NCBI GenBank assembly: GCA_043799545.1
Contig: JAZDNO010000030.1
Span: 1-64,000, forward strand
Length of the DNA: 64,000 nucleotides
From: Methanobacteriota archaeon
GTDB taxonomy: Archaea > Thermoplasmatota > Thermoplasmata > SG8-5 > DAIRED01
Direction of reading: 5' to 3'
The notes under the pieces were generated by a model that was not told where the DNA came from, made no database searches, and was given only the letters and a program-made list of their open reading frames with translations. The translations under genes and the position numbers were made by a program. Each line of letters starts with the position of its first letter. The first letter of the stretch is position 1. Shown here piece after piece: positions 46,377 to 55,889 of this stretch.

Positions 46377-47102
46377 CTACTTCTTCTCCGAGCCATGGGC
46401 GCCTTTTCGAGCCAGCTCCTCGAGGATTTCCGTCTGTATCTGCTGTATCTCCAGGAGGCGCTGCCACTGGTTCGAGACCATGTTGTCCATCTTCTCGTTG
46501 AGATGCCTTATCTCCAGCTCGGCCTTGAGGTTCACCTTGTAATCCTCCTGGGCGCGCAGCCTGTCGCGCTCGGCCTGGCGGTTCTGGCTCATGATGATTA
46601 TCGGAGCCTGCATTGCGGCCAGGGTCGACAGGACGAGGTTCAGCAAGATGTATGGATACGGGTCGAAAGGCTCGCTCAGGAGCGCGATTGAGTTGGCCGC
46701 GACCCACGCGATGATGATGGCGCTGAAAATACCTATGAAAGTCCAGCTGCCGCCGAATGCCGCCACGCGGTCGGCCAGGCGCTCCCCGAATGTCAGATGG
46801 CGCCGGAACTCGGTCTCGACGTTCTTCGAAAGGATTTCGTTCTCTGTGACTCCCCTCACGACGTCCTGCTCGAGGGAGGTTATCTCGACCTTCTCGGCCT
46901 CCAGCACCGCCCTGACCGCTTCGGCCCGGAAGAAGTTCACGTCCTCCCGGCATATGTAGCCTGAACGGGCCCAGTCCGGACGCCTCTTGGAAATCTCCCT
47001 CGCCACGCTTTCGCGCACCAGCTCTCCGAGAACGCACTCGGACGCCTTCTTCTGCCTGCCGCAAATCTGGCAGGCGACAATTTCGTGAGGTTTCCTGGCC
47101 AT
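46377..47102 (-). CDS. DUF1003 domain membrane protein with N-terminal CxxC
   Basis: ADRVAAFGGSWTFI, FDPYPYILLNLVLS..AAMQAPIIIMSQNRQ. Confidence 0.9.
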   Translation of the reverse strand: MARKPHEIVACQICGRQKKASECVLGELVRESVAREISKRRPDWARSGYICREDVNFFRAEAVRAVLEAEKVEITSLEQDVVRGVTENEILSKNVETEFRRHLTFGERLADRVAAFGGSWTFIGIFSAIIIAWVAANSIALLSEPFDPYPYILLNLVLSTLAAMQAPIIIMSQNRQAERDRLRAQEDYKVNLKAELEIRHLNEKMDNMVSNQWQRLLEIQQIQTEILEELARKGAHGSEKK

Positions 47103-47160
47103 CCCGTCACATCCCTTCCTTGCCTGCGGACAGGGGGTGCGCGTAGAATAAACTGCCGAA

Positions 47161-47712
47161 TCAGAACAGGGCGGAGATGCTCTCGCAAACCTTTTCGAGG
47201 AAGGCGCGGTCCTCAGCCGAGAAAGCCCTCGGCGCGTGGGAATCTATGTCCAGTTCTCCGGCGATTTCCCCCCTGGCCATGATGGGAACGACGATTTCCG
47301 AGCGGACGTACATGCTGCAGGCGATGTAGTTGGATTCTTGAGAGACGTCGTCCACAACGAACGTTTTTCCGCTCTCGGCCGCCTGGCCGCAAATCCCGCT
47401 TCCGAACGGGATGTGCGTGTGCTCGGTCGGCTCGCCAACGTATGGACCCAGTACGAGCTGCCTGTCCCTCGTCGCGATGTAGAACCCGACCCAGTTGTAA
47501 CTGGGGAACTTGCTGTTGAGCAGCCAGCAAATCTCCAGCATCTTGGCCTCGCACCCCGCCTCCTTGGCGACGATGGCCTTGACTCTATCGTATGCGTCGA
47601 GAAAATGTCCGGAAAATTTGGGTGCCTTGGCGGTCTTTGTGACCGCTTTGGGCTTTATCGCCTTCATTGGTTTCGGTGCTGGCGCTTTCTTTCCCGACTT
47701 CTTCTTGGGCAT
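47161..47712 (-). CDS. msrC: GAF-domain free methionine-(R)-sulfoxide reductase-like protein
   Basis: NWVGFY, LGPYVG, IPFGSGICGQAA, YIACS...SEIVVPI, ELDIDS; Lys/Pro-rich N-terminal tail. Confidence 0.8.
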   Translation of the reverse strand: MPKKKSGKKAPAPKPMKAIKPKAVTKTAKAPKFSGHFLDAYDRVKAIVAKEAGCEAKMLEICWLLNSKFPSYNWVGFYIATRDRQLVLGPYVGEPTEHTHIPFGSGICGQAAESGKTFVVDDVSQESNYIACSMYVRSEIVVPIMARGEIAGELDIDSHAPRAFSAEDRAFLEKVCESISALF

Positions 47713-47766
47713 TCGTCACCTGTCCCCTTAATGTTTTTCCGGCAGATAACCTTTGGGCAGGCGCGC

Positions 47767-50700
47767 TCAATATTCGTCCCACGCCTTCACTTTCAAATCT
47801 TCGGGGGCCAGGGTCGTCAGGGCCTCGCACAGCCTCTTCGCAAGCTGGAGGTTCGTGATGAGCGGCACGCCGAAGTCGACCGCCTTGCGCCTGATGAGGT
47901 AGTCGTTCTCCAGCTCCGTGCGCTCGACGTTCTTCGGGATGTTGATGATGAGGTCCAGCTTCCCTTCGGACGTCCAGGTCAGGACGTTCGGCTCCTCGCC
48001 GTCCAGGGGCCAGTGGAGGGGTTTGACCTTCACGCCTTCTTTCGAGTAGAAATCGGCGGTGCCCTTGGTCCCGTAAAGCTCGTAGCCTTTTGCCTCCAGC
48101 GCCCTGATGCCGGGCAGCAGCTCCGCCTTGCTCTCCACGGGACCGGTCGACAGGAAAACCGTCTTCTTCGGTAGCCTGAAGTTCACGGAGAGGAGGCTCT
48201 TGAGGAAAGCTTCAAGGAAATCGTCGCCCAGGCACGCCACTTCTCCCGTCGAGACCATCTCCACGCCAGACACGGGGTCGGAGCCCTTGAGCCTGGTGAA
48301 CGAGAACATCGGGGCCTTCACCCCCACGTAGTCCAGGTCGAAAGACGACTTGTCCACCTTCGGCACGCGCCTTCCCATCATTATTTTCGTTGCGATGTCA
48401 ACGAAATTCACCTTGAATACCTTTGACACGAACGGGGTGCTCCGCGAGGCGCGGAGGTTGCACTCGATGACCTTCACCTCGTTGTTCTTGCAGATGAACT
48501 GGATGTTGAACGGGCCCGTTATCTTCAGAGATTTGGCTATCTGGGCGGTTATCTTCTTTATGCGCCTCATAGTCTCCAGGTAAGTCCTCTGGGGGGGCAG
48601 CACCAGCGTGGCGTCGCCGCTGTGGACGCCCGCGTTCTCCACGTGCGCCGATATGCCGTAGCAGTACAGCTCGCCCTTGTTCGCCACTGCGTCTATCTCG
48701 ACCTCCTTCGCCCCCGCGATGAACTTGCTTATGACAACGGGCGCGTCCGCGCTGACGTCCGAAGCCTTCTTCAAATACTGGCGCAACTCTGATTTCGAGA
48801 GCGCCACCGACATCGCCGCCCCGCTGAGCACGTAGCTCGGGCGAACCAGCACCGGGTATCCGACTCGCTCTGCGAACGCTTCCGCCTCCTCGACGCTCGT
48901 GAGCTCCTCCCATTCCGGCTGGTCAATGCCGAGCTTGTCCAGCAGCGCGGAGAACTTGTGCCTGTCCTCGGCGATGTCGATGCTCACGGGGGACGTGCCG
49001 AGAACCTTCACCCCGGCGGCGTGCAGCTTCAAGGCGAGGTTGTTGGGCGCCTGGCCTCCCATCGAGACGATTGCCCCCAGCGGGCGCTCGTGCTCGAATA
49101 CGTCCATCACTCGCTCGAGGCTCAGTTCCTCGAAGTACAGCTTGTGGCATACGTCGTAATCTGTGCTCACGGTTTCGGGATTGCAGTTGATGACTATGGG
49201 CTTGAACTTCATCCTCTCCAGAGCCTGGACGGCGTTGACGCAGCACCAGTCGAACTCCACCGACGAGCCTATGCGGTAAGGCCCGCCTCCGAGGACGACC
49301 ACCTGGCCCTTCTCCCCCCTTTTGATGTCGTCCTCATCGCCGTTGTATGTCATGTAGAGGTAGTTCACCCCCGCCGGATATTCGGCGGCTAGAGTGTCAA
49401 TCTGCTTGACGCAGGGGATTATCCCGTGCTTCTTGCGGAGCTCTCTAATTTTCAGCTCGGTGGCGTCCGTGGCGATTGCGACCTGTCTATCCGAAAATCC
49501 CATCCTCTTCGAGCGGAGGAGCGTCTCTGGAGCGAGGGGCTTCGACCCACGGAGCTCCCGCTCCATCGCTATGACGTTCTCCATCTTCTGGAGGAACCAG
49601 GGGTCTATCCTCGACAGCTCCGATATCTTCTCCACGGAAAAACCTCTGCTGAACGCCTCGGCGACCGCGAACATCCTCCTGTCCGTGGGAACGGAAAGCG
49701 CCTTCTCCAGGTCGTCGAAGGGCGCGTCGTTGCATGCCAGGCCGTTCATGCCCGCGTCCAGCATCCGTATCGCCTTCTGGAGGGCCTCCTCGAAGCTCCG
49801 GCCGATGGCCATCACCTCGCCGATGGACTTCATCTCGGAGCCCAGAATCATGCTCACGTTGCGGAACTTCTGGAGGTCCCATTTCGGGTACTTGACGACG
49901 ATGTAATCCAGCGCGGGCTCGAAGCAGGCGAAGGTCTCGCCCGTTGCGACGTTCCTTACCTCGGCCAGGGATTGCCCGAGGGCGAGCTTCGTTGCTATGA
50001 ATGCGAGAGGGTAGCCGGTGGCCTTCGATGCGAGCGCGGAGCTGCGGCTGAGGCGCGCGTTCACCTCTATTATGCGGTACTGGCTTGACCGGGTGTCCAG
50101 GGCGAACTGGACGTTGCACTCCCCCACTATCCCGAGCGACCGGATGAGCTTGATGGCCAGCGAGCGCAGGAAGAAGTTCTCGCCCGCCGTGAGCGTCTGG
50201 ACCGGGGCGACTACGATGCTCTCCCCAGTGTGGATGCCCATCGGGTCGACGTTCTCCATCGTGCAAACGACGATGCAGTTGTCGTGCCTGTCCCGGACGA
50301 CCTCGTACTCCAGCTCCTTCCAGCCGTAGAGATACTCCTCGATCAGTATCTGTTTCGCGTGGGAGAGCGCCTTGGCGGCCATCTCCTCGAGCTCGCGCGC
50401 ATCGTGGGCCGCGCCCGAGCCCAGCCCGCCGAGCGCGTAGGCGATGCGGCACATGACTGGGTAGCCGATTTTCTCCGCGGCTGCCAGCGCCTCGGCGACG
50501 GTCGCCACCGCGGCGCTCTCGGGGACTTCCATTCCCACGCCACGCACCCTTTCCGCGAAACGCTCGCGGTCCTCGGTGTCCCGTATCGCCTCTATCGGCG
50601 ATCCCAGCACAACTATCCCGTATTTGGCGAGGACGCCGCTCTCCGCGAGAGCCAGCCCGACGTTGAGCGCGGTCTGCCCGCCGAAGCCGAGCATTATGGC

Positions 50701-50943
50701 GTCCGGGCGCTCCTTCTCTATCACGCGCTCCACGAAAGCCGGGTCGACCGGAATCAGGTAAATCTTGTCCGCCATGCCCTCCGAGGTCTGGATTGTCGCG
50801 ATGTTCGGGTTGACCAGGACGGTCTTGATGCCCTCCTCCTTAAGGGCTTTTATGCACTGGCTTCCCGAATAGTCGAACTCTCCCGCCTGGCCGATGCTGA
50901 TTGCGCCGGAACCGAGCAGCAGGACCTTCCGGACCTTTTTCAT
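47767..50943 (-). CDS. carB: Carbamoyl-phosphate synthase large subunit
   Basis: IGQAGEFDYSGSQ, MGIHTGES, IGSSVEFDWC, two ATP-grasp halves, C-terminal MGS domain. Confidence 0.98.
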   Translation of the reverse strand: MKKVRKVLLLGSGAISIGQAGEFDYSGSQCIKALKEEGIKTVLVNPNIATIQTSEGMADKIYLIPVDPAFVERVIEKERPDAIMLGFGGQTALNVGLALAESGVLAKYGIVVLGSPIEAIRDTEDRERFAERVRGVGMEVPESAAVATVAEALAAAEKIGYPVMCRIAYALGGLGSGAAHDARELEEMAAKALSHAKQILIEEYLYGWKELEYEVVRDRHDNCIVVCTMENVDPMGIHTGESIVVAPVQTLTAGENFFLRSLAIKLIRSLGIVGECNVQFALDTRSSQYRIIEVNARLSRSSALASKATGYPLAFIATKLALGQSLAEVRNVATGETFACFEPALDYIVVKYPKWDLQKFRNVSMILGSEMKSIGEVMAIGRSFEEALQKAIRMLDAGMNGLACNDAPFDDLEKALSVPTDRRMFAVAEAFSRGFSVEKISELSRIDPWFLQKMENVIAMERELRGSKPLAPETLLRSKRMGFSDRQVAIATDATELKIRELRKKHGIIPCVKQIDTLAAEYPAGVNYLYMTYNGDEDDIKRGEKGQVVVLGGGPYRIGSSVEFDWCCVNAVQALERMKFKPIVINCNPETVSTDYDVCHKLYFEELSLERVMDVFEHERPLGAIVSMGGQAPNNLALKLHAAGVKVLGTSPVSIDIAEDRHKFSALLDKLGIDQPEWEELTSVEEAEAFAERVGYPVLVRPSYVLSGAAMSVALSKSELRQYLKKASDVSADAPVVISKFIAGAKEVEIDAVANKGELYCYGISAHVENAGVHSGDATLVLPPQRTYLETMRRIKKITAQIAKSLKITGPFNIQFICKNNEVKVIECNLRASRSTPFVSKVFKVNFVDIATKIMMGRRVPKVDKSSFDLDYVGVKAPMFSFTRLKGSDPVSGVEMVSTGEVACLGDDFLEAFLKSLLSVNFRLPKKTVFLSTGPVESKAELLPGIRALEAKGYELYGTKGTADFYSKEGVKVKPLHWPLDGEEPNVLTWTSEGKLDLIINIPKNVERTELENDYLIRRKAVDFGVPLITNLQLAKRLCEALTTLAPEDLKVKAWDEY

Positions 50944-51043
50944 CTATGGCGCCTCCGGAAGGAGGCCTCGGATTCCAGAGCCGAGCGGGAGAACCTTTTT
51001 GATTTTCCTCTTTCGAGCGACCTCGTGAACGGGAGGAACCGTC

Positions 51044-52120
51044 TCATTTGAAAGCCCTCCCGAAGATGTCGAAGATGAACTCCGTGTCGTCCGGGCCAGG
51101 CGACGCTTCGGGGTGGAACTGCGCGCCGAAGAACGGCTTGGAGATGTGATGGATCCCCTCGTTCGTGCCGTCGTTGTTGTTTCGGAACCACTCGCGCCAG
51201 TCCTCGGGAAGGGTCGCCGAGTCGACAGCGAAGCCGTGGTTCTGTGATGTGATGTAGCAGCGCTTCGTTCCCGACTCGAGGCAAGGCTGGTTCTGCCCCC
51301 TGTGGCCGTAGCTGAGCTTGTAGGTCTTGGCTCCGGCCGCGAGACCGAGTATCTGCGAGCCCAGGCAAATCCCCAGCAGCGGCCTGCCAGATTCCATGTA
51401 GCGCCTGGTGTTCTCCACTGTTCTGTCCATCCGCTTCGGGTCCCCGGGGCCGTTGGAGAGAACCGCGCCGTCGCAGTCCTCTTTCGAGAAATCGCAGTCC
51501 CACGGCACGCGGACGACCTTCATTCCGCGCTTCAGGAACGCCCGCAGGATGTTGTTCTTGACCCCGCAATCCACGACCGCGATTTTGCGTTTCCCCCGGC
51601 CGTATTCGACGGGTTCGCGCACGCCTGCCTCCGCAGCGAGGTTGCCCTCGTTGGGGTCGGAAAACTTGCCAGGTTCCTGGCCAGGATGCGTTATCTTGCC
51701 GAGCGCCGTCCCCCTTTCCCTCAAATGCTTGGTCAGGGCGCGCGTATCCACGCCGGAAATCCCGGGTATCCCCCGCTCGCCGAGCCAGTCGGAGAGAGAC
51801 TTCTTCGCGCTCCAGTGCGAATACCTTGCCGAATGCTCGGAGACCACCAGCCCCCTGACGTGGATGCCGTCCGATTCGAAATTCCGCAGAAGGCCGTTCT
51901 CGCGCTCGTCGCCGGGCACGCCGTAGTTGCCCACGAGCGGGTACGTCATGGCGAGTATCTGCCCCCTGTACGATGGGTCCGTGAGGGTCTCCGGGTATCC
52001 AATCATCCCCGTGTTGAAAACGACCTCGCCGTCCGTCTCCGTTTCCGCGCCGAACCACTCCCCCTCGAAGGTCCGCCCGTCCTCGAGGACCAACCGGGCG
52101 GGTCTGGCTCGCTCAGACAC
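51044..52120 (-). CDS. carA: Carbamoyl-phosphate synthase small subunit
   Basis: GEVVFNTG, LTDPSYRGQ, LSNGPGDP, GICLG, SQNHG, QFHPE. Confidence 0.97.
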   Translation of the reverse strand: MSERARPARLVLEDGRTFEGEWFGAETETDGEVVFNTGMIGYPETLTDPSYRGQILAMTYPLVGNYGVPGDERENGLLRNFESDGIHVRGLVVSEHSARYSHWSAKKSLSDWLGERGIPGISGVDTRALTKHLRERGTALGKITHPGQEPGKFSDPNEGNLAAEAGVREPVEYGRGKRKIAVVDCGVKNNILRAFLKRGMKVVRVPWDCDFSKEDCDGAVLSNGPGDPKRMDRTVENTRRYMESGRPLLGICLGSQILGLAAGAKTYKLSYGHRGQNQPCLESGTKRCYITSQNHGFAVDSATLPEDWREWFRNNNDGTNEGIHHISKPFFGAQFHPEASPGPDDTEFIFDIFGRAFK

Positions 52121-52277
52121 GGAGGGCCCTCCCTTCGGGAGGCGATGGTGTGCGCTGGAAAACGCGATGGCTAAAAACCCCCCAAACCGTCTGGTCCATT
52201 GGGAGGATGTGATACGCCTCGGAGATATAAATCTAATCTACGCAATCTATTTCTTCTTCCAAAGCAATGCATGCCTC

Positions 52278-52628
52278 ATGGAAGCGGATGTGTTGAAGGC
52301 GGAGATTGTCGAAACGGGGAAGGAAGGCAATACAAGGCTGGTGGACACAGACCGCCTGGGGCAGTCGTTCATGCTCCTCGGGGCAATCGTGCTCTTCATC
52401 CACCTTTCGCTCACTGTCCTGTCGCTTGCGGTTCCGGCAGAATCGAGCTGGATGGTTTTCAACATGTGGGGCATCAACAGGTTCGTTTCCGTCACAGTCG
52501 TTTGCTGCGTGATTATCGCCATAGGGTGGATGCTCTGCAGGAAGGCCGGATGCTCTTTTCTAGGGGACGAGCCTCAGCCTGTCCCTGGGGAAAAGAACGC
52601 ACTCCCTGATGTTCGGGAGCCCCAGTAG
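52278..52628 (+). CDS. Small 2-TM membrane protein
   Basis: Two hydrophobic helices; TATAAA-like site at ~52225; 3' end overlaps aspS convergently. Confidence 0.55.
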   Translation: MEADVLKAEIVETGKEGNTRLVDTDRLGQSFMLLGAIVLFIHLSLTVLSLAVPAESSWMVFNMWGINRFVSVTVVCCVIIAIGWMLCRKAGCSFLGDEPQPVPGEKNALPDVREPQ

Positions 52629-53891
52629 CTTGTGGACGAACCTCTCGATTCCCAGGCCGAAGCCGCCGTGCGGCGGCATGCCGAAGCGGAACGCCTTGAG
52701 GTAGAACTCGAAAGCGGCTGGGTCCATGCCGTTCTCCGCCATCTGGCTCAGCAGGACGTCCAGGCGGTGCTCGCGCTGGCCTCCCGAGACCAGCTCTTCT
52801 CCGTCGTATTCGAGGTCGAAGTATCCCGTCAGCCCGGGGTTCTCCGGTTTCCTCATCGCGTAGAACGTCGTCCGCTTCAGCTCGGTCGGGAAATCTGTGA
52901 TGAAGAAGAACTGGTGGTTCGTCTCTTTCTTCACTATCTCTCCCAGGACCTTTTCGCCAGTGGTGTCGATGTCGTTGTTTGCGGGGACGGGGTGGCCCGC
53001 CGCGCGGAGCATCTCGGCGCACTTGGCGTGCGGGATGCGCGGGAATGGCAAGGCGGGCTTCTCCAGCTTGATGCCGAGCAGTTCCAAATCCTTTGCGCAT
53101 CCCTCGATAACGCGCCCAATCCCGGCGGCCACGAGCCCCTCCAGGAATTTCATCACGTCCTCTGAGGAATCGATGAACGCCATCTCAACGTCCAGCGAGG
53201 TGAATTCCGAGAGGTGGCGCACGGTGTCGCTCGCCTCCGCCCGGAACGCCGGGGCGATTTCGTAAATCCTGTCGAGCCCGGTGGACATCAGGCTCTGCTT
53301 GTACAGCTGCGGGCTCTGGGCCAGGTAGGCCTTCTTGTCGAAGTAGGTGATGGGGAAAAGGGTCGCGCCGCCCTCGGCCCCGGCAGCCACGATTTTAGGT
53401 GTGTGAACTTCGACGAACCTCTGCGAAGCGAAGTGCTCCCGCAACCCTTCCAGCAGGACGGAGCGGATGCGGAACACCGCGCGGACCTCATCCTTGCGCA
53501 GGTCCATGAACCTGGCGTTGAGGCGCGTGTCCAGGTCGACGTTGACCTTGTCTATGACGCCGAGAGGCAGCGGGGCCTCCGCCGGGCTGATGAGGGTCCA
53601 GCTATCGGGCAGGAGCTCGACGCCGGCCTTGGCCTCCTTGTTGGCCTTCAGGGAGCCGGTGAAAGAGACGACGCTTTCGCGCATCACGCCGGACATTTCC
53701 TTGAACGGCTCCGGGCCGAGCTTCTTCTTCAGGAGCGTGACCTGGACGATGCCGGCCGAATCGCGCAGCTGGACGAAGGCTATGCCTCCGAGGTTGCGCA
53801 CGTCCTGCACCCACCCGGCGACCGTGACGTTCTGCCCGTCCAGCGCTGGACCGAGTTCCGAGGCCATCTTTCTCGATGAGAGCTGCGCCAT
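52560..53891 (-). CDS. aspS: Aspartyl-tRNA synthetase, archaeal type
   Basis: OB anticodon domain (GWVQDVRNLGG), YLAQSPQLYKQ, FRAEAS...HLSEF, SGGQRE, GMPPHGGFGLGIER. Confidence 0.97.
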   Translation of the reverse strand: MAQLSSRKMASELGPALDGQNVTVAGWVQDVRNLGGIAFVQLRDSAGIVQVTLLKKKLGPEPFKEMSGVMRESVVSFTGSLKANKEAKAGVELLPDSWTLISPAEAPLPLGVIDKVNVDLDTRLNARFMDLRKDEVRAVFRIRSVLLEGLREHFASQRFVEVHTPKIVAAGAEGGATLFPITYFDKKAYLAQSPQLYKQSLMSTGLDRIYEIAPAFRAEASDTVRHLSEFTSLDVEMAFIDSSEDVMKFLEGLVAAGIGRVIEGCAKDLELLGIKLEKPALPFPRIPHAKCAEMLRAAGHPVPANNDIDTTGEKVLGEIVKKETNHQFFFITDFPTELKRTTFYAMRKPENPGLTGYFDLEYDGEELVSGGQREHRLDVLLSQMAENGMDPAAFEFYLKAFRFGMPPHGGFGLGIERFVHKLLGLPNIRECVLFPRDRLRLVP

Positions 53892-53968
53892 GAGTCCTGG
53901 GATTGCTCCGGGCTATAAAAATGTGAGTGGTGAAACGATAAATAACCGAAACGCCTAGAGACGTTGAA

Positions 53969-55297
53969 ATGAAAGTGCTGCTGGTGTACCCGCCGTTCTG
54001 CGCCCCCACGGTGCCTCCTTACTCGATAACATATCTTCAGTCGTTCTTGTCCGCGAATTCCGACGTGGATGTAAAATGCATCGATTTGAACGCGAAATTC
54101 CATATGTGTAGAATGGCATCCTTGTACAACGGCCTGGAAAAAGCGAAAAGGAATTTAAAATCATATTCCGAACTGCTTGAAAAGTACTCCAGCAAGGCAA
54201 AGAAGGTTCACAGGGAAAACATCGTGAAAATATCCGAGGGAGCAGCGCCCGAACTATTCAAGGAGCTGGCTGGGCTGCTTCTGAAAGAAAAGCCCGATGT
54301 GGTCGGGTTCAGCATCGTTTACAACAGCCAAATATTCTACAGCCTGTCGCTCATCGAGAAGCTCACCGATAATGGAATTACTTGCGTGGCCGGCGGCCCC
54401 GCCGCGAGCCAACTTGTTCGAGAGCGGGTGAAGGTGCTGGATGACGAGGTCGCGCTCCTGAGATTCCTGACCAAAAAGGAAAAATGCAAGGCACCCCGCG
54501 CTCTGGATTTCAGCCACTACCCGGAAGAAGACTATCTTTCAAAAGAGATGATATACCCCATCAGAAGCTCGTATGGCTGCTTCTACCGGGCATGCGCTTT
54601 CTGCACCCATCACGGCAACGTTGCCTACAGGGAAATCGATGTGAAAGAAATCAAAAAGTCTATTCTTAAAAACAGGATGAAAAACATTTTCTTCATCGAT
54701 GACACGATTCCTGCGAGAAGACTTTCCGAGCTCGCGGACATGCTCAAGCCGCTTAAAGTACGGTGGTGGTGCCAAACCCGGCCCACGCAAGACCTGCTCG
54801 GGCTTTTCAACAAGCTGAGGGAAACCGGGCTGGTGGCAATCTCTTTCGGCGCCGAGTCAGGAAACCAGAGGATGCTGGACCTGATGAGAAAAGGCACGAG
54901 AGTGGATGACGTCAAAAAAGTACTCTCTGAGAGCCACAATGCCGGCATAAAAAACATAGTTTTCATAATGTTCGGATTTCCGGGAGAAGACGAATCCTCT
55001 TTCATCGACACGGTGAATTTCCTCAGGGACAACCGCGGGAACCTCGACATCGTATCGGCTTCCATGTTCGGCCTGCAGAAAGGAAGCTGCGTCTTTGACA
55101 ATCCAGGCGAGTTCGGGGTGTTCGACATTATGGAACATGGCGCGCCGCTTGGCGAAATCATCCGGTTTGAGGTCAGAAACGGGCTCGGTGAAAAACAGGC
55201 AAAGGCAATGAAAGAAAATGTTGCGAAGGAGCTGAGGGCGATGAACAAGCTTCCCAAGATATTCTGCCTGTTGAAAGAACAGAGTTTGTTTTTTTAG
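53969..55297 (+). CDS. Cobalamin-binding radical SAM protein; AT-richer gene
   Basis: N-terminal B12-binding-like region (VYPPF, DVVGFSI), YGCFYRACAFC cluster motif, FGAESG, MFGFPGE. Confidence 0.88.
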   Translation: MKVLLVYPPFCAPTVPPYSITYLQSFLSANSDVDVKCIDLNAKFHMCRMASLYNGLEKAKRNLKSYSELLEKYSSKAKKVHRENIVKISEGAAPELFKELAGLLLKEKPDVVGFSIVYNSQIFYSLSLIEKLTDNGITCVAGGPAASQLVRERVKVLDDEVALLRFLTKKEKCKAPRALDFSHYPEEDYLSKEMIYPIRSSYGCFYRACAFCTHHGNVAYREIDVKEIKKSILKNRMKNIFFIDDTIPARRLSELADMLKPLKVRWWCQTRPTQDLLGLFNKLRETGLVAISFGAESGNQRMLDLMRKGTRVDDVKKVLSESHNAGIKNIVFIMFGFPGEDESSFIDTVNFLRDNRGNLDIVSASMFGLQKGSCVFDNPGEFGVFDIMEHGAPLGEIIRFEVRNGLGEKQAKAMKENVAKELRAMNKLPKIFCLLKEQSLFF

Positions 55298-55387
55298 CTT
55301 TCAAACCCATTCTTGCGGAGTTCCTCGCAGGAGGCCGAAATCAAAGCCCCGACGTTCAGTTATGCTCCGCCAGAGAAGCTAGGAATC

Positions 55388-55398
55388 AAAAAGAAAAA
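55388..55398 (-). terminator. Oligo-T terminator of the C/D sRNA
   Basis: TTTTTCTTTTT immediately 3' of the terminal stem on the minus strand. Confidence 0.6.
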
Positions 55399-55527
55399 CC
55401 TGCGTCCTCAGCACTCATGGGGTCAATCATCCGGCCTTAGCCCGCGAACCGAAGTCCGCAGCGTGGTTCCAGACCTTCGGGGTCGAAACCGCCGTCATCT
55501 GACCCTCTTGTCATCACAGAACAAAGG
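55399..55527 (-). ncRNA. Box C/D guide sRNA with extended D'-C' insert
   Basis: Box C GUGAUGA 55517-55511; 12-nt guide; D' AUGA 55498-55495; C' AUGAUUG 55430-55424; 12-nt guide; box D CUGA 55411-55408; 9-bp terminal stem; upstream TTTTATTA (55552-55545) and downstream T-tract. Confidence 0.85.
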
Positions 55528-55574
55528 CGTATCCGCGCACAAGATAATAAAATGCACCTTTCCGAGTAGTGGTA

Positions 55575-55836
55575 ATGTTTATCTACACCTGCTCACCTAC
55601 GCCACAATGGTGGAACCTTGTTCCGCGACATCATTGGGTTCGCGTCCGACGACCCGGCATATTCGATCGCGCAGTTCAGGGCCGACATTAGTCAGTCGAC
55701 GGCAGTCGTCGAGACGTTCGACGCCGCTGCGGTGCCATACCTGACCAGCATCATGAACGCGGGCGACTTCTTCTTCCCGGGCCGGGGATACTGGGTCTGG
55801 GTCCCGACGGACGTCGTGTGGGACAAGCCCTTCTGA
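55575..55836 (+). pseudogene. Remnant of the C-terminal domain of a surface protein
   Basis: The 72-aa ORF IIGFASD...VETFDAAAVPYL...PGRGYWVWVPTDVVW resembles the C-terminal domain of large Thermoplasmata surface proteins. A WNLV motif lies in another frame just upstream, and there is no signal peptide or convincing start. Confidence 0.45.
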
Positions 55837-55889
55837 TGGCCAATAAAATATATATATAGTCGGACATATAGCTCGCCCGAGGACAGGAC

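Noticed and set aside
50945-51010. carA-carB spacer with AGAGCCGAG and a GCCTCC-GGAA-GGAGGC hairpin as a possible fourth copy of the repeat family
   Set aside because: Only ~9 nt match the core, and both the GGTCGAG and CAGGAAAAGGGG ends are missing.
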